The position numbers were made by a program, and so were the translations under genes. A DNA stretch of 64,000 nucleotides, from assembly GCA_963668545.1 (NCBI GenBank), contig OY764868.1:3234015-3298014 (forward strand), read 5' to 3'. Under the pieces are notes generated by a model, which made no database searches, was not told the origin of the DNA, and worked only from the letters and a program-made list of their open reading frames with translations. This stretch comes from Spirochaetia bacterium. GTDB lineage: Bacteria > Spirochaetota > Spirochaetia > CADAEX01. Below are positions 9,088-18,669 of the stretch, one piece after another (within the stretch, counting starts at the first letter, position 1; every line of letters starts with the position of its first letter).

Positions 9088-10665
9088 ATGAACATGTTTT
9101 TACTTTCAACGCTGGTTATTATTTATCTTACTGTAATATCATATCTTGGTTACAGGGGTTACGTTGAAACAAAAAATGCGGCAGATTACATGGTCGGCGG
9201 CAGAAATATCCATCCATACATAATGGCAATGTCATACGGTGCGACCTTTATATCAACATCAGCAATAGTAGGTTTCGGCGGTACAGCAGCTCTTTTCGGC
9301 ATGAGCCTTTTATGGCTTACAGTTTTCAATATAGGTGCAGGTATTTTTATTGCTTTTATTTTCTACGGTAAAAAAACCAGAAGAATGGGGCTTAACCTTG
9401 ATGCACATACTTTTCCTGAATTTCTGGGAAAAAGGCTCGACAGTATATTTATACAGAGATTTGCAGGGATAATAATCTTTGTATTCATGCCGCTTTATGC
9501 AGCTGCTGTTCTTATAGGAGCCTCAAGAATAATTGAGGGGCTTCTGGGAGTCCCCTATCTCTACTCAATAACAGTATTTTCCATACTTGTAGCATTCTAT
9601 GTGATTATGGGAGGCCTCAAGGGAGTAATGTATACTGATGCTCTTCAGGGAAGCCTCATGTTTTTCGGCATGATTTTTCTCCTTTTCATTATCTATTTCA
9701 AACTCGGCGGCATCCTCGATGCTCATACATCGCTGACAGCACTGGCAGACAAAGTTCCTGACTCACTAAGGGCAATCGGGCACCAGGGATGGACAGCCTC
9801 TCCTGCTTCAGGAACACCTTTATGGTGGATTGTCTATTCATCACTTGTGCTGGGTGTCGGAATCGGAGTACTTGCACAGCCTCAGCTGGTTGTAAGATAT
9901 ATGACTGTTAAAAGCAACAAGGAGCTTAACAGGGCTGTAGCAATAGGAGGCCTCTTTATCCTCATGACAACAGGGACAGCATTTATAGTGGGAGCTCTTT
10001 CAAATGTCTATTTCTTCAGGGAATTCGGGGAGATTGCAATTCAGTATGCAAAAGGGAATTCTGATAAAATCATACCTCTTTTCATCAGGGAAGCAATGCC
10101 CTCCTGGTTCGGATATGTCTTCATGCTTGTTATACTTTCCGCAGGAATGTCCACACTGAGCTCCCAGTTTCATACAATAGGGACTGCAGCCGGGCGGGAC
10201 ATTATTATAGGAAAATCAACAAACAGGAACCAGGATGTCATTATAACAAAGGCAGGTATACTTGTCAGTATAATACTGACAGTTCTTCTTGGGATAAAAA
10301 TGGAACCCGGAATAATAGCAAGAGCAACTGCAATATTTTTCGGTCTCATGGCATCAAGTTTTCTGGCCCCGTACACAGCGGCTATCTACTGGAAAAAACT
10401 TACAAGGAAGGGGGCAATCGCAGGAATTATTTCAGGAGTATCCACTGCAGTCCTGATGTTTCTTTTCATGCATGGAAGTGAAGCAAAGGTTTTCGGAATT
10501 TCTCAAATGTTTTTCGGAAAAACAACTTTACTTGGAGGGGTCTGGCCCTTTGTTGACCCTCTTGTTATAGCACTGCCTGTTTCAGCCCTTTTCACAGTTG
10601 CTGTAAGCCTCTATACAGAGGTAGAAAACCCGGAAACAGTTGAAAAATCATTCAAAGGTGTTTAA
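9088..10665 (+). CDS. sodium:solute symporter (SSS family; PanF/PutP-like)
   Basis: 525 aa, ~13 TM segments, SSS-family blocks (GGR, YGATFIS...). Confidence 0.85.
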   Translation: MNMFLLSTLVIIYLTVISYLGYRGYVETKNAADYMVGGRNIHPYIMAMSYGATFISTSAIVGFGGTAALFGMSLLWLTVFNIGAGIFIAFIFYGKKTRRMGLNLDAHTFPEFLGKRLDSIFIQRFAGIIIFVFMPLYAAAVLIGASRIIEGLLGVPYLYSITVFSILVAFYVIMGGLKGVMYTDALQGSLMFFGMIFLLFIIYFKLGGILDAHTSLTALADKVPDSLRAIGHQGWTASPASGTPLWWIVYSSLVLGVGIGVLAQPQLVVRYMTVKSNKELNRAVAIGGLFILMTTGTAFIVGALSNVYFFREFGEIAIQYAKGNSDKIIPLFIREAMPSWFGYVFMLVILSAGMSTLSSQFHTIGTAAGRDIIIGKSTNRNQDVIITKAGILVSIILTVLLGIKMEPGIIARATAIFFGLMASSFLAPYTAAIYWKKLTRKGAIAGIISGVSTAVLMFLFMHGSEAKVFGISQMFFGKTTLLGGVWPFVDPLVIALPVSALFTVAVSLYTEVENPETVEKSFKGV

Positions 10666-10697
10666 CTGTCTTAAATATCCTATTGTAACTATCTTCA

Positions 10698-10731
10698 CAG
10701 CCGGGACTTTCTTAATCCCGGCTGTTTTTTA
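10698..10731 (+). terminator. Rho-independent terminator after symporter
   Basis: CAGCCGGGActttcttaaTCCCGGCTG followed by TTTTTT. Confidence 0.7.
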
Positions 10732-10869
10732 AAAATAACCTTTAAAAACAGTTTTTTTTACGCTAAAATACCTATAGATAGGCAAATCCTGCTTCCCCGG
10801 CTGAAAGAAACAGGAAACACTCTTCCGGAATTTGATATTTTCAGGAACGGTAGATACAGAGAGGTAATA

Positions 10870-11493
10870 ATGAAACAGACATTTAATAATCTGCCAGATG
10901 CCAAAAAAAACAGAATAATAAAGGCCTGTGTGGATGAATTCTGTGAAAACGGTTATGAAAAAAGCTCTACAGAACATATTATCAAAAGGGCCGGAATTTC
11001 AAAAGGGGGTCTTTATGAATATATTGATTCAAAAAAGGAACTCTATCTTTATATCGTAAACTACACATATGAAAAACTTTACAGCTATCTGAGGGAAAAA
11101 ATTAATCTTGAACATTCCCCTCTTCCTGAAGATATCCTGGACAGATTCAAAATTGTTTCAGACATTGCAATTGATTTCTATATTGATCACCCGGAATATG
11201 TAAAACTGATTGTCAAGACCTATAAAATTCATGATGTGGGAATTGAAAACAAGGTTAAAAACATTTTCACATCTGAATTCATGTCCATTTTCGGAACTAT
11301 TGAGGATGACTCAATCGAATATGATAAAGACAGGATATTTGATCTTCTCATGTGGCTTCTGCTGAAAACAAGATATGATTTTCTTGTCAGGCTGGATGCA
11401 GCCCACAATGCAGATGAAGTTAAAAAGGATTATCAGGAAAACTGGGAGTTCTTTTTTTCTGTTTTAAAACACGGTATTTATAAATCCACTTAA
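10870..11493 (+). CDS. TetR/AcrR family transcriptional regulator
   Basis: N-terminal HTH (TEHIIKRAGISKGGLYEY); 207 aa. Confidence 0.8.
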   Translation: MKQTFNNLPDAKKNRIIKACVDEFCENGYEKSSTEHIIKRAGISKGGLYEYIDSKKELYLYIVNYTYEKLYSYLREKINLEHSPLPEDILDRFKIVSDIAIDFYIDHPEYVKLIVKTYKIHDVGIENKVKNIFTSEFMSIFGTIEDDSIEYDKDRIFDLLMWLLLKTRYDFLVRLDAAHNADEVKKDYQENWEFFFSVLKHGIYKST

Positions 11494-11512
11494 GCACTGG
11501 TATGCAGATCTG

Positions 11513-11551
11513 TTGTAAAAAAACAGCAGCCTGAAGGCTGCTGTTCAATTT
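11513..11551. terminator. bidirectional terminator between convergent tetR and HAD genes
   Basis: AACAGCAGCCtgaaGGCTGCTGTT flanked by an A-run upstream and a T-rich tract downstream. Confidence 0.6.
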
Positions 11552-11576
11552 TCAGGACTGTTTCCCTGAAGCCTTT

Positions 11577-12365
11577 TTATATTTTCTGCAATATTTTATT
11601 ATCAGTATTGCAGGCAGAAAGCTTATCAAGAACAGGGAGAAGTCCTCTCAGATCCGATATTCTGTAATCAGGTTCAGGCCCCCTGTCTTGCGGAGAATTG
11701 AATTCATAATCGATAAGAACAGCACATCCGATACCTGAATCTTTTGCCCCCCTGATATCTTTTGAAGGGCTGTTTCCTATATACACAACATTTTCAGGTT
11801 CAACATTAGCTTTTCTGCAGGCATAGTTGAATATTTCAGGGTGGGGTTTTCTCCTCCCGAATGAGGCGGACATTACAACTGTGTCAAAATAATCAGTTAT
11901 TCCGTACTCGTTCATAGAATGGCCGACCTGCCCCCTGCTAAGCACATTGCTGATTATACCCATTCTGAAACCCTTTTTTCTTATCTCTTCAAGAACATCC
12001 CGGGTTTCCTCCCTGGCCCTCCGCTTGAAAAAGCCTGTATCGATAAGGAATGTGAGATCTTCTCCGATATTATCCAGAACACTCTGGCTGATTTTAATAT
12101 CATCAAGAATAAAATCTTTCCACAGTTCTTCAGGACTGAGCTCAATCAAACCGTCAAGCCGCCATTTTTTATACCGATTGAGACCATCAAGAACTTTCTC
12201 CCTGAACCTGTCATTTGTATATTCTGAAATCTCAGAAACACCTGATTCAATGAGAATTTCAGCCATTTTTCTGCAGGAAAGATCTACAGATGCCCTGTCT
12301 TTCGGGTAAATATCAAGGGTACCGCCGAAATCGAAAAAAACCATATCAATTTTCATTGTTTCCAT
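11577..12365 (-). CDS. HAD-superfamily hydrolase
   Basis: DFGGTLD motif I and C-terminal GDSxxD. The ORF track starts it at 12452, but a METMKID start at 12365/12356 with GGAG upstream avoids overlap with the upstream RpiR gene. Confidence 0.7.
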   Translation of the reverse strand: METMKIDMVFFDFGGTLDIYPKDRASVDLSCRKMAEILIESGVSEISEYTNDRFREKVLDGLNRYKKWRLDGLIELSPEELWKDFILDDIKISQSVLDNIGEDLTFLIDTGFFKRRAREETRDVLEEIRKKGFRMGIISNVLSRGQVGHSMNEYGITDYFDTVVMSASFGRRKPHPEIFNYACRKANVEPENVVYIGNSPSKDIRGAKDSGIGCAVLIDYEFNSPQDRGPEPDYRISDLRGLLPVLDKLSACNTDNKILQKI

Positions 12366-13218
12366 CTCCGCAATAGTTGAAATAATAATCCTGCCTGTAC
12401 TGTTCAAGGAGATCGAGTTTCTGATAAGCATCTGTTTCCAGTTTCTTTGCAACCCCGATCAGAAGAGCATTTGTTATAGCCATGGGGACAAGGGGGGAAT
12501 GGAAAGCCCCGTGAGGGCCTCTTTCTCCAAACAGAACATATTCACAGTCCTTTATTATTGCAGGGGTGAGTATATCTGTAACAAGAATAATCGGAACCCT
12601 GTTTCTTTTCATGACACTGGTAAACATTTTCAGATCATCGGAAATCCTGTTGAAATTATAGGCAACCGCAACATCACCCTCTTTCAGGGAAACCATCCCC
12701 TCAAGCAGATGGATGCCCCCCTCACGATGGAGCATTACATCAACCCCGAATCTGTTCAGCCTGAATGAAAGATGCCGCCCAAGCATTTCATTCGGGCCCA
12801 CCCCCATGACATGGACCCTTCTTGCGTTGCAGATAAGGTTTATTGTTCCGTGATATGAATTGTCATCAACAGTATTCACAGATTTCATCAGATAATAGAT
12901 TTCCTGTTCAGTTATGCTCTTGTAAGTCAGTTCCTCCCCTTTGAAATCATCAATAAGGTTTCTCACCCTGTTTCCCGGAGAAAATATTTCCTTATAGTTG
13001 GAAAATAGATTTTCCCGGAATTCAGGAAATCCCCTGAATCCCAGGTTTTTGGCAAATCTGACAATTGAAGCTTTACTTACATCAATCTCTTCAGCAATTC
13101 TTGAAAGCGGATAATATATCACCTCGGAAACATTTGTAAGAATAAAATCAGCAATCTTTTTCTGCTGCCTTGGAAAAGAATCATATCTGTTCTGTATTTC
13201 CTGATAACAATCCTTCAT
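12346..13218 (-). CDS. RpiR/MurR family transcriptional regulator (HTH + SIS domain)
   Basis: N-terminal HTH_6 (QKKIADFIL...) and a C-terminal SIS domain. Start shortened to MKDCYQ at 13218 (the ORF track gives 13281, which overlaps the ABC ATPase). Confidence 0.75.
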   Translation of the reverse strand: MKDCYQEIQNRYDSFPRQQKKIADFILTNVSEVIYYPLSRIAEEIDVSKASIVRFAKNLGFRGFPEFRENLFSNYKEIFSPGNRVRNLIDDFKGEELTYKSITEQEIYYLMKSVNTVDDNSYHGTINLICNARRVHVMGVGPNEMLGRHLSFRLNRFGVDVMLHREGGIHLLEGMVSLKEGDVAVAYNFNRISDDLKMFTSVMKRNRVPIILVTDILTPAIIKDCEYVLFGERGPHGAFHSPLVPMAITNALLIGVAKKLETDAYQKLDLLEQYRQDYYFNYCGDGNNEN

Positions 13219-13225
13219 CTGACAA

Positions 13226-14329
13226 CTATCCCCTGAAAGACTCAACTTTTTCACCGGTATCGGTTTTGTAAATATTACCACGCCTCACAGTAAGATCAAC
13301 CTTTTCCTCAACTTTATATTTCAGGTAATGTTCTTCAGGCCCCTTTACAATCATATCAAGTTTTCTGTTTACAGATTTAAGGTGAACCATTACTTCTGAA
13401 CCCATCGGCTGTATTGAATAGATAAAGAAATTACCCTTTTCAGATGAGCTGACTTCTATATCCTCCGGCCTTGCATTGACAGTAATCCCTGAAGAAGCAG
13501 AAGATTCAAGTTTTCCTGAAAAACTGATACTGCATTCAGGATCTGAATCAGGAACAAATGTTCTGCTGCCTGAAAGGCTTACTTTTACAAGGTTTGTTTC
13601 AGGGTTACCCATGAAGTCTGCAACGAAAAGATTTTCAGGGTCATGGTATACCTCGTAAGGTGTTCCAATCTGCTGAATTACCCCGTCCTTCATAACAACT
13701 ATCTTGTCTGAAAGTGCAAGAGCCTCCACCTGATCATGAGTTACATAAATTGAAGTTGCTTCAAGTTCTGTATGGAGCCTTTTAAGCTCAGACCTGAGCT
13801 TCATTCTCAGTTTTGCATCAAGGTTTGAAAGCGGTTCGTCAAAGAGAAGGATTCCAGGCTCATTGACAATCATTCTTGCAAGTGCAACTCTCTGCTGCTG
13901 TCCCCCTGAAAGCTCATGGGGATATCTCTTTTCAAGTGACTGGAGGTCCATTGCATCAATAACTCTCTGTATTTTTTTATTCTTATCTTCCTGGGGAATT
14001 TTAAGCTTCCTCAGGCCGAAACCGATATTTCCCTCTACAGTCATGTGAGGCCAGAGTGCATAGTTCTGGAATACAAGACCAAGGCCCCTGTTGCCTGCAG
14101 GAAGGTTAACTCCCCCTTTTTTTGAAAAGAGGCACTTGTCCCCTACCCATATATCTCCATCTTCAGGTGTTTCTAGACCTGAAAGACATCTGAGGGTTGT
14201 TGTCTTGCCGCAGCCGGAGGGGCCGAGGAAAGTAACAAATTCCCCCTTGTTTATTTCAAAATTTATCCCCTTTATAGCTGGGTTGCCGTTAAATATTTTT
14301 ACAAGATTACCAAATCTTATATAACTCAT
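13226..14329 (-). CDS. ABC transporter ATP-binding protein (PotA/FbpC/MalK-type with C-terminal TOBE-like domain)
   Basis: Walker A GPSGCGKTT, LSGGQQQRVALAR signature, Walker B LLFDEPLS. Confidence 0.9.
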   Translation of the reverse strand: MSYIRFGNLVKIFNGNPAIKGINFEINKGEFVTFLGPSGCGKTTTLRCLSGLETPEDGDIWVGDKCLFSKKGGVNLPAGNRGLGLVFQNYALWPHMTVEGNIGFGLRKLKIPQEDKNKKIQRVIDAMDLQSLEKRYPHELSGGQQQRVALARMIVNEPGILLFDEPLSNLDAKLRMKLRSELKRLHTELEATSIYVTHDQVEALALSDKIVVMKDGVIQQIGTPYEVYHDPENLFVADFMGNPETNLVKVSLSGSRTFVPDSDPECSISFSGKLESSASSGITVNARPEDIEVSSSEKGNFFIYSIQPMGSEVMVHLKSVNRKLDMIVKGPEEHYLKYKVEEKVDLTVRRGNIYKTDTGEKVESFRG

Positions 14330-14425
14330 TCCTATATCTCCTTCATAAACCTGTAATCTGGTATAATTACCCGGATGTTTTAAAACTGAAACAATATGCT
14401 CCGGGCCTTTGTCTCAACATTATCT

Positions 14426-16204
14426 CTAAAGTTCCACTTTTCCGCCGATCTTCGAGAGAATAAGGTGGCCTGAAATTACTATAAAAATAATCATAATCAT
14501 TACTCCGTAAGCATGCTGTACAAATCCCTGTTCAGAATACCTGAAAATTACGGATGTCATGAGAGTTGTCTTGGGGGTTACAAGGAGGATTACCAGGTCA
14601 AGAGTCCTCATTGTAGTTATAAAATTCAGGAGCATGGCTGAAAGCACCCCGCTTTTGGCAAGTGGAAAAATTATTTTCCTGAATCTTGTACCCCAGCCTA
14701 TACCATGAACAACAGCGACCTCTTCAAGAGATGGATCAATCTGATGCATTGCGGTAATACCTGCAGAAGAGGAAAACGGGAGATGTTTAACAAGGCTGAC
14801 AAGTACCAGAAGGGCGAAAGTACCGTAAAGGCTTGGAATAGGCCCTATCTGCTTGGCAAACATTGTCAGATAAATACCACCGAAAGCTACTCCCGGAATC
14901 AGATATGGTGCGAATGTCAGATTTTCAATAAGCTTGGACAGAATAGTTTTTCGCCCCTTTACTACAGTATATCCGATCAGAACACCGATAACACCGCTTA
15001 ATATCGCAACCACACCGGAAAGTCTCAGAGAATTCCATATTGCATCAAGGATTGAGGAATTCCTGAAAATACCCGGCTGCCCCATAGCTATATCTGTGCC
15101 GGCTTTACCGAACCAGTAATGGAGAGTGAAATTATCAAGGCTGTAGACCCCTTCATGAAGCATTAGTGTCTGAAGTCCGAGGAGAAGAAGCGGTCCGAAT
15201 ATGAAAACAGCTACGAACGAGAACATAAGGACAGTCATAGGGATTCTCCATTTGCCAAGTTCAATCTGCTTCTTGACAGATCCCTTTCCGCTGATTGTAA
15301 CATATCTTTTTCTGGTTCCGATAACCATCTGGTTAAGGATTACTACAAATGTTGTAGCAATAATAAGAATAAGTGCAAGAACATAGCCTTCCCCGTACAA
15401 CTGGTTATTCAGGGCAGAATATATTCTAGTGGAAAAAGTATAATATCTGATAGGAAGCCCCAGGAATGCCTGGGTTCCGAATTCCCCCAGCCCCTTGCTG
15501 AAGGTCAGAATAAACCCTGCACCGATAGCAGGAAGTACCATCGGGAGGGTTATTTTTACAAGTATCTCAGATTTCGAGGCCTTGAGCAGCTCTGCGCTTT
15601 CCTCAAGCCTCGAATCAATATTGGCAAGTGCGCCCCTCATCATAATGAAAAAATAAGGGACGTAATGAACACCAAGTGAAATGATTATAGGAATATACCC
15701 GTAAATTATCCACTGGGGAGGATTTATGCCGAAAACAGCATTAAGAAAGCCGGGTGCCCCGCCATACTGTTCACTCTTGAAAACCCCTATCCATGCCATG
15801 GCAACAGTCCATGACGGAACAATATACGGTATTATAAGAACAGATGAAAAAAATGTCTTATATGGTATATCGGTCCTGACTACAAGCCAGGCAAAAAGGG
15901 AGCCCATAATCAGGGCAATAGCGGTCATCCCCACTGCTATAGCAAGGCTGTTAAGCGCAGGCTGATAAAGCAGCGCTTTTGACAGTTCACTTGCAGCAGT
16001 ACGTTTCCAGTTAAAAAATGTAAAAGCGCCGGTTTCTGCCCCCCTAACCATTCTGGGCCCGTTTTCATCAAATACAAATGATTCGTAGCTCATAAACAGT
16101 ACAGGAGCGAGAACCAGGACAAGCAGCAGTGAAGCAATTATCCACCCCCACAGCACTTCCGGCTTCATATTTCTAAGATTCATTATTGATTGTTTAAACT
16201 GCAT
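14426..16204 (-). CDS. ABC transporter permease, fused two-domain (FbpB/ThiP-like)
   Basis: 592 aa with two tandem BPD_transp_1 permease domains. Confidence 0.85.
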   Translation of the reverse strand: MQFKQSIMNLRNMKPEVLWGWIIASLLLVLVLAPVLFMSYESFVFDENGPRMVRGAETGAFTFFNWKRTAASELSKALLYQPALNSLAIAVGMTAIALIMGSLFAWLVVRTDIPYKTFFSSVLIIPYIVPSWTVAMAWIGVFKSEQYGGAPGFLNAVFGINPPQWIIYGYIPIIISLGVHYVPYFFIMMRGALANIDSRLEESAELLKASKSEILVKITLPMVLPAIGAGFILTFSKGLGEFGTQAFLGLPIRYYTFSTRIYSALNNQLYGEGYVLALILIIATTFVVILNQMVIGTRKRYVTISGKGSVKKQIELGKWRIPMTVLMFSFVAVFIFGPLLLLGLQTLMLHEGVYSLDNFTLHYWFGKAGTDIAMGQPGIFRNSSILDAIWNSLRLSGVVAILSGVIGVLIGYTVVKGRKTILSKLIENLTFAPYLIPGVAFGGIYLTMFAKQIGPIPSLYGTFALLVLVSLVKHLPFSSSAGITAMHQIDPSLEEVAVVHGIGWGTRFRKIIFPLAKSGVLSAMLLNFITTMRTLDLVILLVTPKTTLMTSVIFRYSEQGFVQHAYGVMIMIIFIVISGHLILSKIGGKVEL

Positions 16205-16228
16205 CAGCTCTTTCCTCCCGGGATTATC

Positions 16229-17392
16229 TTATCGGGCCAGCCAGAAATCTCTTATCTTGAGACCATCATAGTAAACAAAATCCATATCAATGCCCCAGGC
16301 AAGTTTTGTCACATCTTCAAATGACCGGTCTGTAAGAGGTTTTACATCAGATCTTGCTGACCACTGTCCGGGTACATAGAAAGGTTTAAGCCCTTTGCCC
16401 CCTTCTGCATCGCCGAGCATATATCTGATAAGAAGTTTTGCTGCATTCGGATGGGGAGCTTTGTTAGCCATGAGGAGGTAGTTACCCTTGTAAATACCGA
16501 ATTTAGGGGCAACATCCCATGCAATACCGAGTTTCTGTCCCTTTTTGTTGTTTCTCACCTTTGATGATGCAACGCAGATTCCAAGAGGAGCATTCTGCTG
16601 ACCGGGAGCGCCGACTGCATCTGAAGCTGTACCGTCAGAATTTGTAAGAACAATCTGGTTTTTTATTATTCTGTCAATCCATTCATAACCTGCATTTTCA
16701 ATACCGGGTGAAAGAACAAGCTTTTTACCGAATTCCTTCTCATATGCGCTTGCCATATCATCAGAATGTTTTACTACCATCTGAAGGAAGTTCATATTTT
16801 CAGCAGCCTGCATAGGATCTTTCATCTGGAACCGGCCTTTCCATTCAGGTCTTGTAAAATCCCAGAGATTGTCTACTGGTGATGATGCATTGGTTTCTGT
16901 GTTGTAGAAAATAACTTTTGCTTCAACAGAATGGAGAAGTGCTGGTGATCTGTATGTTTCAGGAATAACTTCTTCAGTCTTTTTACCATCAATAAGGGTT
17001 GAAGGAACATAATTTTCAGCAAGTCCCTTCTTTAATATATCGTAAAAAATTGTTGTCTCATCAGCAAGCAGGAGAACATCCGCATTATAAAGCCCTGCAG
17101 CCTGTTCCCTTTTGAGTTTTTCAACCTGCTGAACTGTCGGAAGGTCTGAAGCCTCAACCTCAACACCAGGATAAAGTGTCTTGAATTCCTCAACTGCATC
17201 GAAAATTCTTGACGATAGAGCATAAATTATAACTTTACCCTCTTCTTTTGCAGCTTCATAAATTGCATCCCAGTCTTCTTCAACAACTGCAGCAGCTGCT
17301 GCTTCTTTTTTTACAGGTTCTTCTTTGCTTCCGCCGGCAAAAATCATACACGGGAGAACAAGAATCAATAAAATCAGAACCGTTCTTTTCAT
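16229..17392 (-). CDS. ABC transporter periplasmic substrate-binding protein (Fe3+/thiamine-type SBP family 1)
   Basis: Signal peptide MKRTVLILLILVLPCMIFAGGS; SBP_bac_1-like; operon with the permease and ATPase. Confidence 0.8.
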   Translation of the reverse strand: MKRTVLILLILVLPCMIFAGGSKEEPVKKEAAAAAVVEEDWDAIYEAAKEEGKVIIYALSSRIFDAVEEFKTLYPGVEVEASDLPTVQQVEKLKREQAAGLYNADVLLLADETTIFYDILKKGLAENYVPSTLIDGKKTEEVIPETYRSPALLHSVEAKVIFYNTETNASSPVDNLWDFTRPEWKGRFQMKDPMQAAENMNFLQMVVKHSDDMASAYEKEFGKKLVLSPGIENAGYEWIDRIIKNQIVLTNSDGTASDAVGAPGQQNAPLGICVASSKVRNNKKGQKLGIAWDVAPKFGIYKGNYLLMANKAPHPNAAKLLIRYMLGDAEGGKGLKPFYVPGQWSARSDVKPLTDRSFEDVTKLAWGIDMDFVYYDGLKIRDFWLAR

Positions 17393-17643
17393 AAAAATCC
17401 TCCATTATTTTTCTACACCTGTCTATCCCGCGGAATACAATGAATAAATACAGCTGCTGTATTACCCTGCTGTTAAACTGATTCAAAACATTTTATCACG
17501 GAATTATTACATAAGGTGCCCGGCAAACCCTGTTAAAAACAGAGTATGCCGGTAAAAAATATTAAAAAAATATTCTGGTTGATATTATTCTAAGTGCAGG
17601 TTGTTATTTTTGTCAATAAATATTTCATAAATTAATCAAAATT

Positions 17644-17704
17644 AAACATATGTTTCATTTTAAACATTATCAGTCGTTTTATGGATATTTATAAACATTT
17701 GTTT
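17644..17704. promoter_or_regulatory. pair of palindromic operator-like sites AAACATATGTTTCAT / AAACATTTGTTTCAT
   Basis: Two near-identical 15-mers, each a perfect or near-perfect palindrome, 49 nt apart in the AT-rich divergent intergenic region between the ABC operon and the Mut7-C gene. Confidence 0.35.
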
Positions 17705-17769
17705 CATATTAATCATCCTATTTAGAGTAAAATTGTGATTATTTTTAACCATGTTATATAATCTGATTA

Positions 17770-18501
17770 ATGGCTGTAATAAGATTTTATGAAGAACTTA
17801 ACGACTTCCTCCCTGAAGAAAGAAAAAAAATCCCCTTCAGCACAGCTGTCTCTCCGGGGCAGACAGTAAAGGACCTTGTTGAATCACATAATGTTCCCCA
17901 TACAGAGGTTGACCTTATTCTTGTAAACGGTGAAGCTGTTGATTTCAGTTACCGGGTAAAAAATACCGACAGAATATCGGTTTATCCAGTGTTTGAATCC
18001 TTCGATATAAGGGGGACAACAGTTCTTAGAGACAGACCGCTTAGAAATATAAAATTCATACTTGATGTGCATCTGGGGAAACTGGCACGCTATTTAAGAT
18101 TTTCAGGTTTTGACTCTCTTTACAGCAACAGCTATGAAGACAGGGTAATTGCCGGGATATCGGAAAAGGAAGGGAGGATTGTACTTACAAGGGACAGGGG
18201 GCTTCTGAAAAGAAAAAATGTAAAAAGGGGATACTGGATACGAAATGAGAATGCAAAGCAACAGTATCTGGAGGTTATAACAAGATTTCATCTGGAAGGT
18301 GAGGAAAGAGCTTTTTCCCGCTGCCCGGAATGCAACGGGTTGCTGGAAGCTGTTGAAAAAGAAGATATTACGGAAAGGCTGCAGAAAAGGACAGCCCTCT
18401 ATTATAATGCTTTTAAAATCTGCAGCAAATGCGGTAAAATATACTGGAAGGGAAAACATTATTACGATTTTTTAAACCGTATAAAAAAAATCAATACATA
18501 G
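17770..18501 (+). CDS. Mut7-C RNase-domain protein with N-terminal ubiquitin-like (MoaD/ThiS-like) domain
   Basis: N-terminal beta-grasp-like region, PIN-like Mut7-C domain and a terminal zinc ribbon (CPECNG...CSKCGK). Confidence 0.65.
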   Translation: MAVIRFYEELNDFLPEERKKIPFSTAVSPGQTVKDLVESHNVPHTEVDLILVNGEAVDFSYRVKNTDRISVYPVFESFDIRGTTVLRDRPLRNIKFILDVHLGKLARYLRFSGFDSLYSNSYEDRVIAGISEKEGRIVLTRDRGLLKRKNVKRGYWIRNENAKQQYLEVITRFHLEGEERAFSRCPECNGLLEAVEKEDITERLQKRTALYYNAFKICSKCGKIYWKGKHYYDFLNRIKKINT

Positions 18502-18669
18502 AACCCGGATCAGAAGAAGGACATCAGCCTCGGCAGCGAATCAGGGAATGGACAGGAGAATACTATCACAGGGAATCATATTTTAAAAAAAGGGATAATT
18601 CTTTTAACAGCAATTTTCCTGAACACTGCGTTTATATATTCATCAGATTTCAAATTCACTCACCTTACA

